A DNA stretch of 64,000 nt, taken from contig OZ024744.1 of NCBI GenBank assembly GCA_964016885.1, positions 99,014,001 through 99,078,000 of the forward strand, read 5' to 3'. The position numbers and the translations under genes were made by a program. This DNA is from Eledone cirrhosa (lineage: Eukaryota). Below the pieces are notes generated by a model. The model saw only the letters and a list, made by a program, of their open reading frames with translations, was not told the origin of the DNA and searched no databases. Positions 35,765-47,585 of this stretch are shown here, piece after piece (position 1 is the stretch's first letter; each line of letters begins with the position of its first letter).

Positions 35765-36449
35765 ATATATATACACACACATGTGAAAAATACATATACA
35801 TATATATATAAATATGCACACATCACTTTTACATTTGCATTTCCATGCTAGCATGGATTGGAACAGTCCTCACCAAAACAAACTCCCTTACAGTTTCCAT
35901 GCACAAAATTCACGCACATGGCATGGTGGACATGGGGCTATAGTAGAAGAAACTTGCCAAAGGTACAAGGCAGTGGGATTGAACCTAAAACCATGTGGTA
36001 ACAAAGCAAAGTTAGCTACATACAATGGTGGCACCCCAATATGGCCTCAGCTTGCTGGCTGGAACACATAGCAGAGATAAGAGTATATAGCCACACCTGC
36101 ACCTATGTCAGTCGATCGATTTTCATCAAATGGGACTGAGGAAACAATGTTTCCATTGGTCTTTCCAATTGCTAATACTCTCTGTCGATCGCAACATGAA
36201 ATAAAGTGGTTTGCCCAAGGACATAACGCATCGTCCGGTCAAGGAATTGAACTCACAACCTCACGATTGCAAATCCAATCTTCTAACCACTCAGCCATGC
36301 GCCTATATATCATCTTTTTTCACTCTAGCAAGGGTTGGATGGGTTGTCACAAACCAAGTTGTAACTTAATTATCATCTTAGAGCCTTTAGTTGGCTAATG
36401 ATGGAAACTATAGAAGCCTGTCATATATTATGTCATCACCATTGTTTAA

Positions 36450-36653
36450 CCCTTAATCATTTACATTATTCTATATTTACTATTGTATTTTCATGCTAAA
36501 CACTTTAGTTCACATAATTATCTCACAATATTGAATACAAAATTTTGATATTTATTTTGATAACAATACCTTAACATCAGTATGAGCTGCTGGTTTGAAC
36601 AAAAAGAGGTGAGAGAATTCTGGCCGGATATGGCTGGTTTAAATGCTAAAAGG
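36450..36653. mobile_element. piggyBac-like MITE inserted into the TTAA of a SINE tail
   Basis: TTAA on both sides. The flanks rejoin to a continuous SINE tail (CATCACCATTGTTTAA|CATCTATTTTCCATGC). Confidence 0.8.
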
Positions 36654-36997
36654 TTAACATCTATTTTCCATGCTTGCATGGGTTAGATGGGTTGTTAAAT
36701 TCTGAGTCTAGACTGGTCAGGTGACAACAACTTACTCATACGTTCAGTTTTTTGGCTTGGTTTTCTATGGTTGGATTGCCCTTCTAATCAACCACTTTAA
36801 AGTGTGGACTTACTTTTTGTTGTTGTTGTTGTGCAGCACTACAACTTTACAAGGTGGACTGGGTGTTTTTACTCTGGCACAAACACTACTGTCTTATAAA
36901 GTGGACTGAGTACTTTTTCCTCATGGCACCAGCAAGACTATCTTATTGGGTGCTTTTGTCATGGCACTAGGTCTCGATCCATATATATATATATATT

Positions 36998-37848
36998 AAT
37001 GGGATAGAGGTCAAACTACTAGCTTGGAAAAATATATGCTGGTCTCCCACACATATCTGTCGTTATACATAAAAGGAGAGTAAGATTTGCTAGCCACTGC
37101 CATCATGCCACCTATGAGGCAGTGTTCCCACTAATGCTTTAGAAACCACAATCAGTCACTAATAACATGGGGGTGCAAGCTCTCCTATCCTGATTTGCTG
37201 GCCACTGCCATCGTGCCACCTATGAGGCAGTGTTCCCACTAGTGCTTTAGAAACCACAAGCAGTCACTAATAACAGGGGGTGCTAGCTCTCCTATCCTGA
37301 TTTGCTGGTCACTGCCATCGTGCTACCTATGAGGCAGTGTTCCCACTAATGCTTTAGAAACCACAAGCAGTCACTAATAACAGGGGGTGCTAGCTCTCCT
37401 ATCCTGATTTGCTGGTCACTGCCATCGTGCCACCTATGAGGCAGTGTTCCCACTAGTGCTTTAGAAACCACAATCAGTCACGAATAACAGGGGGTGCTAG
37501 CTCTCCTATCCTGATTTGCTGGTCACTGCCATCGTGCCACCTATGAGGCAGTGTTCCCACTAATGCTTTAGAAACCACAATCAGTCACTAATAACAGGGG
37601 GTGCTAGCTCTCCTATCCTGATTTGCTGGTCACTGCCATCGTGCCACCTATGAGGCAGTGTTCCCACTAATGCTTTAGAAACCACAATCAGTCACTAATA
37701 ACATGGGGTTGCAAGCTCTCCTATCCCAATGTCATCTCCAGGGACTGTGGTATTGAAATCCAGGACTTGGCAACGGCAATGAACGACAGACCCAGGTGGA
37801 GATCAATTGTTGAGTAGGTTTTGGCTGAGGACGCCGGATGATGATGAC
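36998..37848 (+). mobile_element. RTE-clade LINE 3' fragment with six internal tandem copies of a 107-bp segment (37083-37730)
   Basis: Reads IYAGLPHISVVIHKRRVRFASHC, then the repeated FAGHCHRATYEAVFPLVL...LSYPD segment, then RDCGIEIQDLATAMNDRPRWRSIVE* and (ATG)n. Confidence 0.78.
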
Positions 37849-38142
37849 TAACTCGGATGGTTTCAGTTTGTAATCTCTGCAAATTTCTTCATAGTACTGA
37901 AGAATCTTATGAGGGTTAAAAGCTGGAACCACCAGAAATCATGGTCGAACCTTCACCTCAATAATGTATCCACTCTGCATCGAGTATTACTCTAATTTAT
38001 GGTTTTCCTGCTTTCTGCACCACAACCACTCCATGTGTGTGTGTGTGTGTGTGTGTCTCTCTCTCTATATATATACATACATATGACTGCCAAGACTGGA
38101 ATTGAACCATCAGCACAGTTGAGGTATGTCATACATCAATTT

Positions 38143-38215
38143 ATATATTTTATCTGATGAGGACGTACTAAAAAAAACAGCACAGTACCTCCGAAATATA
38201 TATAATAAAATATAT
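38143..38215 (+). ncRNA. Minimal type I hammerhead ribozyme motif (Penelope/retrozyme type)
   Basis: 11-bp stem I ATATATTTTAT/ATAAAATATAT, CTGATGA (38154-38160), stem II GGA-C-GTACT/AGTAC-C-TCC, GAAA (38193-38196), palindromic TATATA stem III region, cleavage triplet AUA (38202-38204). Confidence 0.8.
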
Positions 38216-39270
38216 TTTGATTAAGTGAATGTCTATATTTATTAATATTTTGAATTAATATTAATAACTCCAGAACACTTTCTGTTGAGTGCTTCTAATC
38301 TATTGTAAAACTATATTAATTGATTAATCAATGAACCTTGTTTAACTTTTGGTCATATATATATATATATATATATATATGTAGGAGGTGAGATGCGCAT
38401 AATAAAATACATGGAACTCCTTTAACCATCTTTTGATCTTATATTATATATATATATGACCAAAAGTTATATATATATATATTAATATTAAAAATATTAA
38501 TAAATGGAAAATATCTTTATAACAACATATTTATTTCATTATACATATTTCAAAGATATTAGATTATAGTATGCTTTCTTCAGATAAAATACAATATTTG
38601 GTGTTAAGATATTGGACATACCCAGAACATGACCTTACAACGTAAGCCAACAATGGGCAGTGAGAGAAAATCTTAAAATTTCAAAGGGTATAAATTAATA
38701 GGGATACATTAAAACAGAAAGACCATTCATTATTACAGACGCTTGATAAATTTTGAAAATACTCCAGATAAATTTTTTTTTTTACTGTAGAGTGCTTCAT
38801 AACTGATATAAATTTAACTCTGTTGAATATTCATCAGCAAAGCATATAGCTCATTGTTTATATATATATATATATCATCATTTTACGCCCGCTACACATA
38901 CATACATGTATATATGTATGCATGCATACATGTATATATGTATGTATGCATGCATGAACATCACTTAACAATCAATCCAATTTGTTTATATCTTGCTGCA
39001 GCAAAGCAAAATTGTTAAAGCAAGTACTGGGATCGATATGATCTATTAAACCTTTGAAGGTGGTGTCCTAGCATGGTCACAACCCAATGCCTGAAACTAG
39101 TAAAAGAGAGTGTGTGTATATGTGTATAAATAGTATGAGCATATATCTATCTATCTATCTATATATATATATATAACCCATTACCACCACCGTTTTACGT
39201 CCATTTTCCACACTAGCATAGGTTAGACGAGCTATACTGTTGGGCAATAATACTAGGTGACCATGTCTTG

Positions 39271-39397
<127 letters not shown>

Positions 39398-39466
39398 AAT
39401 GTTCGGTGGAGGAGCCACTTGAAAGTATTAATCCCTCAGTTATAGTCAGCTGCTACAATGAGTATG

Positions 39467-39514
<48 letters not shown>

Positions 39515-39682
39515 GAACGACTAAGGTTTAATTCATCAAGAGATTTATCATCAGCGTCATTAATATATATATATATATATATTTAGCATTAAAACTAATG
39601 TAACAAATCCTAAACCTAATCATCCTTAAGTTGCTTTTTTTTCTTCGATATATCATCGATCAAATAAATAAATAAATAAATA

Positions 39683-39725
<43 letters not shown>

Positions 39726-40036
39726 TAACCTAATCTGAATAAAAAAAAAACCCCGACAGGTTCGCGAGAATCAATTAATACAGCAGAAAGCAGTTTCTGG
39801 TTAGCAACAACTCCCCGTACCAAGGTAGTTGCCAATTGAGACACGTCAGCCTTGCAGCGAGGAATAACCACTGGATCTTGTTTCTTATTTAATACAGTTA
39901 TCTTAGCAAAATTGCATACGGCATTTTTACTGGACCATTAAAACACATACAGAAAAGTCTTTAATTTTTTAAAAATATATATTTTTTTCCTTTCTACCTT
40001 CTATTTTTCATTTACATTATAAATATATATATATAT

Positions 40037-40096
40037 ATAGGAACAAGTAAGACCCCGACGGCTGAGCTCAGCCGTCGGGGTCTTACTTGTTCCTAT
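40037..40096. repeat. Perfect 60-bp loopless palindrome in (TA)n
   Basis: ATAGGAACAAGTAAGACCCCGACGGCTGAG|CTCAGCCGTCGGGGTCTTACTTGTTCCTAT. Confidence 0.95.
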
Positions 40097-40474
40097 TACC
40101 CACTCTACTACCCTAAGTATTGAGCACTTTGGTGCGTTATGGTCCACCTGGTTCCTTACCACATTTCTTTCGTTATATATATATATATATATTATTTAAT
40201 ATAAAGAGAGAAAAAACACAGGGACCTTAATGAGTTTCTAACTCAATATATACTTTGATATATATATATTATATATATATATGTATATATAGTAATAATT
40301 GTTTCTACTTTAGGCACAAGGCCAGCGAGTACCCAGTGCATTACTGGTACTTTATTTTATCGACCCCGTAAGGATGAAAGGCAAAGTCAACCTCGATAGT
40401 AATAATAATAAATGTTAAGGGTGAAAGCAGCGATTCTTTGCTTAAACTTTAATCTGTTATTTTAATATATATAC

Positions 40475-40522
<48 letters not shown>

Positions 40523-40823
40523 CTTCATTTTTTTTCATTTAACGGTTATATATATAACATATCGAAGATAGAAAAACAACTACTTTATAAAAAGATGGGT
40601 GTTGTTGGTGTTAAACTCTAATAATTTAAGTTTTGATCAAACAGACATATGAACAAAGACAATACATCAATGACCATCTCGTCTTTTTAGCTGTATCTTA
40701 CACTACATTATTTAATGTCTCGTTTCCTCATCTAAGATGCCATGGTGTGATTTGGAAGATTTAGTTGCGATTTCTAGAAGGTCGAGGCTATGACCACGTA
40801 GGGACTTTCCTCATATGTATATA

Positions 40824-40901
<78 letters not shown>

Positions 40902-41040
40902 TATGTCTCTCTCTATATATATATTGATACTCTCACTCTGTCTATATATATATATATATACATACACATATATGTCTATCTCTTTCGTTTATTGTGCTTA
41001 TGTCTATATACATATACATGGACATATCTATATACATGCA

Positions 41041-41078
<38 letters not shown>

Positions 41079-41225
41079 CTGTATCTCATAAATATATGTA
41101 TCATGACTATGTTTCTCAATAGAAAAAAGCTCAAAGGACGTTGTTAGCCCGGTGCATCAATAATTCAAATTAAAAAGTATATATATAGAGCGATATATGT
41201 CTCTCTATGTATGTGTGAATGTGCC

Positions 41226-41263
<38 letters not shown>

Positions 41264-41536
41264 TATAGATAGATTGACACACAGAGGGTGAGAGGTGGGT
41301 TGCTCAATTACACGTGTACATCTATCTACACGACCGGGAACCTAACACTCTTTCGATTAGATTTCAATAAATATTTCTGTAATTAAATAATTAATGAAAT
41401 TATTAAATGAACGAACACAATAAGCAATTCTGAAATCTGAATTAAGTATAGAAATACTCAACGTAAACAAGATTAATTTTCGGTAAAGGAAACAATTTTT
41501 CAACATAAACACCATACACACATACGTACGTGTATG

Positions 41537-41590
<54 letters not shown>

Positions 41591-41646
41591 TAGATATATA
41601 TATTTCTAAGTGCATATAAATGTATACTTATTTATAAAACACTTAC

Positions 41647-41860
41647 CGCGTAACATTTTGAAGAAAATCGAATGTGTTTCTCTCAGCGACCAACTGTCTA
41701 CTAACACTAAGGTTCTTCGACCACCGAAGCCAGAATTTTGTTGTAAAGAAGAAGTTATGCATAACAAAAATATAATAGAAGCAAGTACTCTGGATGAAAA
41801 CATATTTTTCATGCTTTTACATCTATCACACCACGTTATATCTTCTGTTAGACGAGCCAT
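41647..41860 (-). CDS. DDOST: DDOST/OST48 (dolichyl-diphosphooligosaccharide-protein glycosyltransferase 48 kDa subunit) coding exon 1, with signal peptide
   Basis: Encodes MARLTE...MKNMFSSRVLASIIFLLCITSSLQQ...RTLVLVDSWSLRETHSIFFKMLR, matching the OST48 N-terminus (RTLVLLD...RETHSLFF). Donor G|GTAAGT at 41646. The start could be the ATG at 41860, 41812 or 41803. Confidence 0.93.
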
Positions 41861-43380
41861 ACTTCGTTAAGACGACTATCTGCAAGGAGGGTCGGTCTCC
41901 GGCAGATATGACCTGACACGATGGACTTCGAACTATTTCTTGACACATAAAAAGTAGTTTCGCTATAATTTACGAGAAATGTAATTATCTTTCCTTTTAA
42001 CTGGTTTTTATTTGATATCAGTATTATATAATAGTAGGATTATATCGTTTTATGTCAATTTCTGTTTTATTTGTCGCTTTATTCATTAAATTATCTTTTC
42101 ATTTATCGTAGTGTGGCAGTAACAAATACATTGAAATCGCTCCGCCGTAATATGCTATTGCTATCTTCACTAAATCGCATTCAGTATATGTCTTGGAAGA
42201 ATAACAGTGGAACTGTATGTTAATCAAAATCGGAGAATCGTGTATTATACACATCATTTCACATCGATTCTTTGGGTGTTCTGTCTAAATTGAAACTTCT
42301 CCCCAATAACTGTCTGAATCGATAATGTTTAATTTCGGTTCCAAGTAATTTCAGTCCCCAGCTCTTAATAACATTTGAAATTATATTACACTTATGCAAA
42401 TATTAAGACGTTACATTTGGTTGTAATCGATAAATTTTCCGCTATTGTTGTTCCTTATAAACTGGCATCAATAATTTTAAAGTTCGATTTATACACTATG
42501 TTAATGGCATTAAATAAAGGCGTGGACGTTACAATTTCCCAGCAACTAATACTTAAGCATTCGTGTTTAGTAAAAATAAATAAGATATTTATTAAAATTC
42601 ATGCGAGTTGTGTAAGTAACCGGTAACGTTTTTTTTTTTTTTTCGTTTAGTCAAAGGAGGAAGGGCAGCATCCAAAATCGTTTCCCTCGCCTAAGAGAAT
42701 GGCGAAAGGAAGTAAACCTCAACCAAATACCTGGTCTGGCAGGTCTCAGGTGTGAGGACCCGGTTGTCGTGTTAAATTCTTGAAATGAAACCATTTCCAT
42801 CATTTAAATCTTAAATGACCTTGGTGAATGCTTAGAATTAAATAATCCCTTTTCCTATCCACATTGTAGTGACATGACTTGCAAGTTCTCTTGCATGCTA
42901 AGTTACAGACAAGTTTCTGGGAAAAAGGGGAGATGGATGCTGACCCATCGACAAAGAGAGTGATCGAACTTGATGGAACTGCCCCACCACGTCACGCACT
43001 CACGCACACACGCACACACACTACTTTTCAATAGTGCACCTTCAGTTAATAAAATAAATGTCCTAAAATACGTTTCTCGAAGTCTTCATTTTACTAACTT
43101 TTCTACTCAAAATAAGAGCTAAGAACAAAAATTTAATTAAAAAACAAACAAAATATTTAATGAAAGAAACTGGTCAAAAAATTCCTGAGGTAATTAGAGT
43201 GACCACCCAGAATGTTCTGAAGCACCCCAACTTTGAACACCAAAGTCTGTCGTAGGGGCTGGAGGGATCCCTAATTTTTCAAAATTCTACTTTGTATTCC
43301 TAGGCCAAAATAGCTCTGTAAGTAGAACTGATAAAATCAGTTTATTTACTGGATATTTTCATTCTAATTCTATACTGCCC

Positions 43381-44053
43381 TTGCAACCAAACAGTTATGC
43401 TTGGCTCCATTTGGTGCCTTCCTCATCAACCGGTACCCTTCTTAATGAGGAGTGTACCTGCATTGGAGTGGCACAGTGTCTCGGGCTCTGTGTATGTGGG
43501 CCATCTCACAGATGCCATTGTGGAGCAGTAATCGACAAGTTCAATCTGTACCTGTTATCTTGCCACCTTAGAGCAGGCTGGCTCTCCCCTCATGCTGCTC
43601 TGAATGACATCAGAAGGAACCTCGACATAAGTGGTTTCCTGTTACAATTGGAGCCAGTTGGCTTTGACTGTGGCAATGGCAAGTACCCCGACAGATTGAC
43701 CCTCTAACCTTTTGATGGAGGCAAGTCTCTAATTTATGATGCAATGTGCAGTGACTTGTTCTGCACCTCCAACCTTGTCGCTTCAGTCACAAACCCAGGC
43801 TGCACTTCCTGCGATGCGGAGAAGAGGAATATTGTTAAATACAGAGGCTTGTCCGACTGCTTCCTCTTTGCATGACTCCATCGAGACCTTCGGTATCCTT
43901 GATCCCTGTACTGCTGATTTCTTCTGTATCATTGGAAAGACGGTAACCTACTTGAGAAAGGAACCCCGTGAGGTGGAATGGATGTTGAGACGGGTGTCTC
44001 TGGCCATTCTCTGCAGTAACACTTTTGCTGTTTTTACTTTGGTGCAAGACTGA
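43381..44053 (+). mobile_element. CRE-clade retrotransposon 3' fragment: zinc knuckle and restriction-like endonuclease, decayed
   Basis: AWLHLVPSSSTGTLL...HRCHCG...LSC...HAALNDI...LEPVG...GKYPDRLTL, then IETFG...RRVSLAILCSN. This matches the RLE consensus RHxxxND...EP...KRPDG. Confidence 0.82.
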
Positions 44054-44508
44054 GGTTCCACTCAGACTGGGGTGTAGTGTCTGTCTCTCTCTCTCGCCCT
44101 CTCTTTCACAACTGAGGTACCACTCAGACTAGAGTGTAGTGACTGTCCTTTCCCTTCTCCCTCACTTTCACAACTGAGGTACTACTCAGACTGGATGTAG
44201 TGTCAGTACCTCTCCCCCTCCCTTTCTTTCACAACTAAGGCACCACTCAGACTGGGGTGTAGTGCCTCTCCCTCTTTTACATGACTGAGGTACCACACAC
44301 ACTGGAGTTTAGTGTCTATCCGTCCCCTTCTCCCTCCTTTATACGACTAAGGTACCACTCAGACTGGAGTGTAGTGTCTGTCTCTCTCCTTCTCCCTTTC
44401 TTACACAACTGAGGTACCACTCAGACTGGAGTGTAGTGTCTGTCTCTCTCCTTCTCCCTTTCTTACACAACTGAGGTACCGCTCAGACTGGAGTGTAGTG
44501 TCTGTCTG
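44050..44508. repeat. About 60-bp tandem repeat, about 8 copies, at the 3' end of the CRE fragment
   Basis: Unit ACTGAGGTACCACTCAGACTGGAGTGTAGTGTCTGTC plus a pyrimidine tract. Confidence 0.88.
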
Positions 44509-44885
44509 TGGTTATGATGATGGTGGTGGTGGTTGGGATGATGGTGGTTGTGCTTGTAGTGGTGGTGGTGGCGGTGGTGGTTGTGGTGATGGTTGTGGTG
44601 GTGGTTGTGATGATGGTGGTTGTGATGGTGTGGTGGTTGTGATGATGGTGCTTGTGATGATGGTGCTTGTGATGGTGTGGTGGTTGTGATGATGGTGGTG
44701 GTAGTTGTGATGTTGTGTGTGGTTGTTGTGGTGGTGGTGATTGTGATGGCAGTGGTTTTGGAGGATGGTGGTGCTCATGATGATGGTGGTAGTGGTGGTG
44801 GTTGTGATAATGGTAGTGTTGGCTGTTGGATGTGATGATGGTGGTTGTGACTGTGGTGGTGGTGATGATGTTGATGATAATGTTG
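44509..44885. repeat. Degenerate (GGT/GAT/TGT)n trinucleotide microsatellite
   Basis: Low-complexity G/T sequence. It generates the His/Thr/Pro-rich spurious ORFs. Confidence 0.9.
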
Positions 44886-44936
44886 ACAGAAACAATCATA
44901 AATAACCACAGTCTCTTTCCTTTCTGGTGGATCACC

Positions 44937-45130
44937 AGCGGTGGATTGGCAGTATCGGTAGAGGGTCGGGACGCCATGCTTTGACACATAGAGTTACGGC
45001 CCTTGCCATTTTGAGTTCAAATCCTGCCGAGGTTAACTTTGCATTTCATCCTTACGGGGTCGATAAAATAAAGTACCAGTAATGTACTGATAATTGCTGG
45101 CCTTGTTGTCAAAAATAGAAACAATTATTT
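44937..45130 (+). mobile_element. Full-length Nin-domain tRNA SINE
   Basis: A box TGGCAGTATCGG, B box GAGTTCAAATCC, Nin-like TTTCATCCTTACGGGGTCGATAAAATAAAGTACCAG, (ATT) tail. Confidence 0.85.
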
Positions 45131-45842
45131 CTAGAGCCATATCTATTGAAAGACATTCACTCCAAGATCAAACAGCAATCCAATGTTTACTCTCGGGTCT
45201 CAAATAATAGGGCAGGGGGTTTGGAATAAGCGAGAGGGGGGGGGTCTGTAATTTTTCTAGGTTGTCTCCCTTGATTTTTTTTTAAAAACCAGAATTAGTC
45301 TTTAAGTTTACATAAAGACCCCAACCCATCCTATTTATTTCATAACGTATGGGATTTCTGGTAATGAACTTTTTTTTTGCCATATATAATGTTTTTTAAT
45401 GTATAAAAAAAATTAATTGTCGTAGGAATGCTACCACTTAAAATAAAATTTAACTGGAGATAGATTAGCAAAATTTAATAAGCGGAAAGGTTGGAAAAAA
45501 TTTGAAAAATTAATAAAGCGGGGGTCAATTATTTGAGATCAAGAATACCTTTGAGAACTTCCACAAATTCTTTTATGCTTTTACTAGTTTCAATCATTAG
45601 ACTGCGGTCATGCTGGAGTATTATCTTCAAGGGATTTAGTCCATCATAATTGACACACCTCACCCCACGCAGTACCTATTATTTCAAGTCTGGTAATTAT
45701 TTTATTGATCATCAGCAAATCTTCCAATCACATCTGGCAATGAGAATCTCAGTAAGTTGCTTGTATATTTGGTTTCATTTATTTCTTATCTTTTGGGTTG
45801 AAAACTTCCTGTTATATATTTGAACTGCTGGAATTCTCCAGT

Positions 45843-47328
45843 CTTAACATCCTGTAATGATTTAGCAGAAAATGGGTTTGTTAATTCAAATGTTTATAGT
45901 ATCTTTATTAGGGAACAGAATGTTGTAAAAATTTGTAGTATTATCTCTTAACATCCTTTAATGATTTAACAGAAAATATCTACAAACAGGTTTTTAAATG
46001 AAATTTTAAAAATATCATTACTAGTGGACAGATTGGTGTGAAAATTTCCAATATTATGTTATGATTATAGCAGACAATTATTAACAACTAGTTTGTTAAT
46101 TCAAATGTTTATAGTATCTTTATTAGTGGAACAGATTATTGTGAATATTTGTAGTATTATCTCTTAACACCCTGTAATGATTTAGCATAAAATATCTATA
46201 AATAGGTTTGTTAATTCAAATGTTTAAAATATCTTTACTAGGGGACAGATTGTTGTGCAAATCTGCAGTACTATTTCTTAACATCCTGTAATGATTTTGC
46301 AGCAAAGATCTAAAAGCACAATTTGTTAATTCAAATATTTATAGTATTTTTACTAATGAACAGATTGTTGTGAAAATTTGAAGTAAACTAAAGTAAAGAC
46401 TTTAATTTTTAATGTGATGCAGTCATGGTGCTATTTTGTACTGTTGAAAATGTGTTGTTAATGTGGTTGTATGTGGTATAGGATGATAACGTTATATATT
46501 TGTTACTTTTCAAGAATGTCTTGTTAATGCGGTTTCATATGGTACAGGATGTTAATAGTTAATGTGATATAGTCATAGTACTATTTTGTACATTTCAAGA
46601 ATGTATTGTTAATGCGGATTCATATGGTACAGGATGTTAATAGTTAATGTGATATAGTCATAGTACTATTTTGTACTTTTCAAGAATGGTTTGTTAATGC
46701 GGTTTCATGTGGTACAGGATGTTAATAGTTAATGTGATATAGTCATAGTACTATTTTGTACCTTTCAACAATGTCTTGTTAATGTGGTTTCATGTGGTAC
46801 AGGATGTTAACAGTTAATGTGATACAGTCATAGTACTGTTTTGTACTTTTCAACAATGTCTTGTTAATGTGGTTTCATGTGGTACAGGATGTTAAGAGTT
46901 AATGTGATACAGTCATAGTACTGTTTTGTACTTTTCAAGAATGTCTTGTTAATGTGGTTTCATGTGGTACAGGATGTTAATAGTTAATGTGATACAGTCA
47001 TAGTACTGTTTTGTACTTTTCAACAATGTCTTGTTAATGTGGTTTCATGTGGTACAGGATGTTAATAGTTAATGTGATACAGTCATAGTACTGTTTTGTA
47101 CTTTTCAAGAATGGTTTGTTAATGCGGTTTCATATGGTACAGGATGTTAAGAGTTAATGTGATACAGTCATAGTACTGTTTTGTACTTTTCAACAATGTC
47201 TTGTTAATGCGGTTTCATATGGTACAGGATGTTAAGAGTTAATGTGATACAGTCATAGTACTGTTTTGTACTTTTCAACAATGTCTTGTTAATGTGGTTT
47301 CATGTGGTACAGGACGTTACGAGTTAAT
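45843..47328 (+). mobile_element. MITE-like element with both ends tandemly amplified: about 117-bp 5' units, then the 85-bp satellite (about 46410-47328)
   Basis: 5' CTCTTAACATCCTGTA and 3' TACAGGATGTTAAGAG are inverted repeats. The same layout occurs at 14716-16543. Confidence 0.75.
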
Positions 47329-47585
47329 AGTTGATCTCTCAACTTTGGTGTGACACAGTCCAATTGTGTCTTTCATTCTTTGGGCTCTGCACATTAACAA
47401 TCTAGTTGCTGTTAATTCTAATCATATTAACCATATGTACACCTACAAGGATGGTACCTCATTTAACGTTTCACATTCAGATGCCATTCACAAGCAACCA
47501 AGACACTTGCCCAGAATCAAGGTCATGGTTGTATACTGACTCTTGTACGATTCAATATTTTCCTAATCCCATATTGGGAATCACT

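Noticed and set aside
37083-37730. CTATGAG...GAAAC...GTC spacing in the 107-bp unit resembling tandem hammerheads
   Set aside because: The core lacks the G of CUGA and has no stem I. The unit is better explained as RTE coding sequence.
38765-38850. Minus-strand CTGATGA...GAAG...GTA
   Set aside because: GAAG instead of GAAA and only trivial stems, so chance cannot be excluded.
41900-43380. Possible divergent gene sharing the DDOST promoter
   Set aside because: No recognisable exon or protein similarity by eye. A non-coding or short first exon cannot be excluded without transcript data.
44483-44989. His/Thr/Pro/Gly-rich ORFs
   Set aside because: Translations of a degenerate trinucleotide microsatellite.
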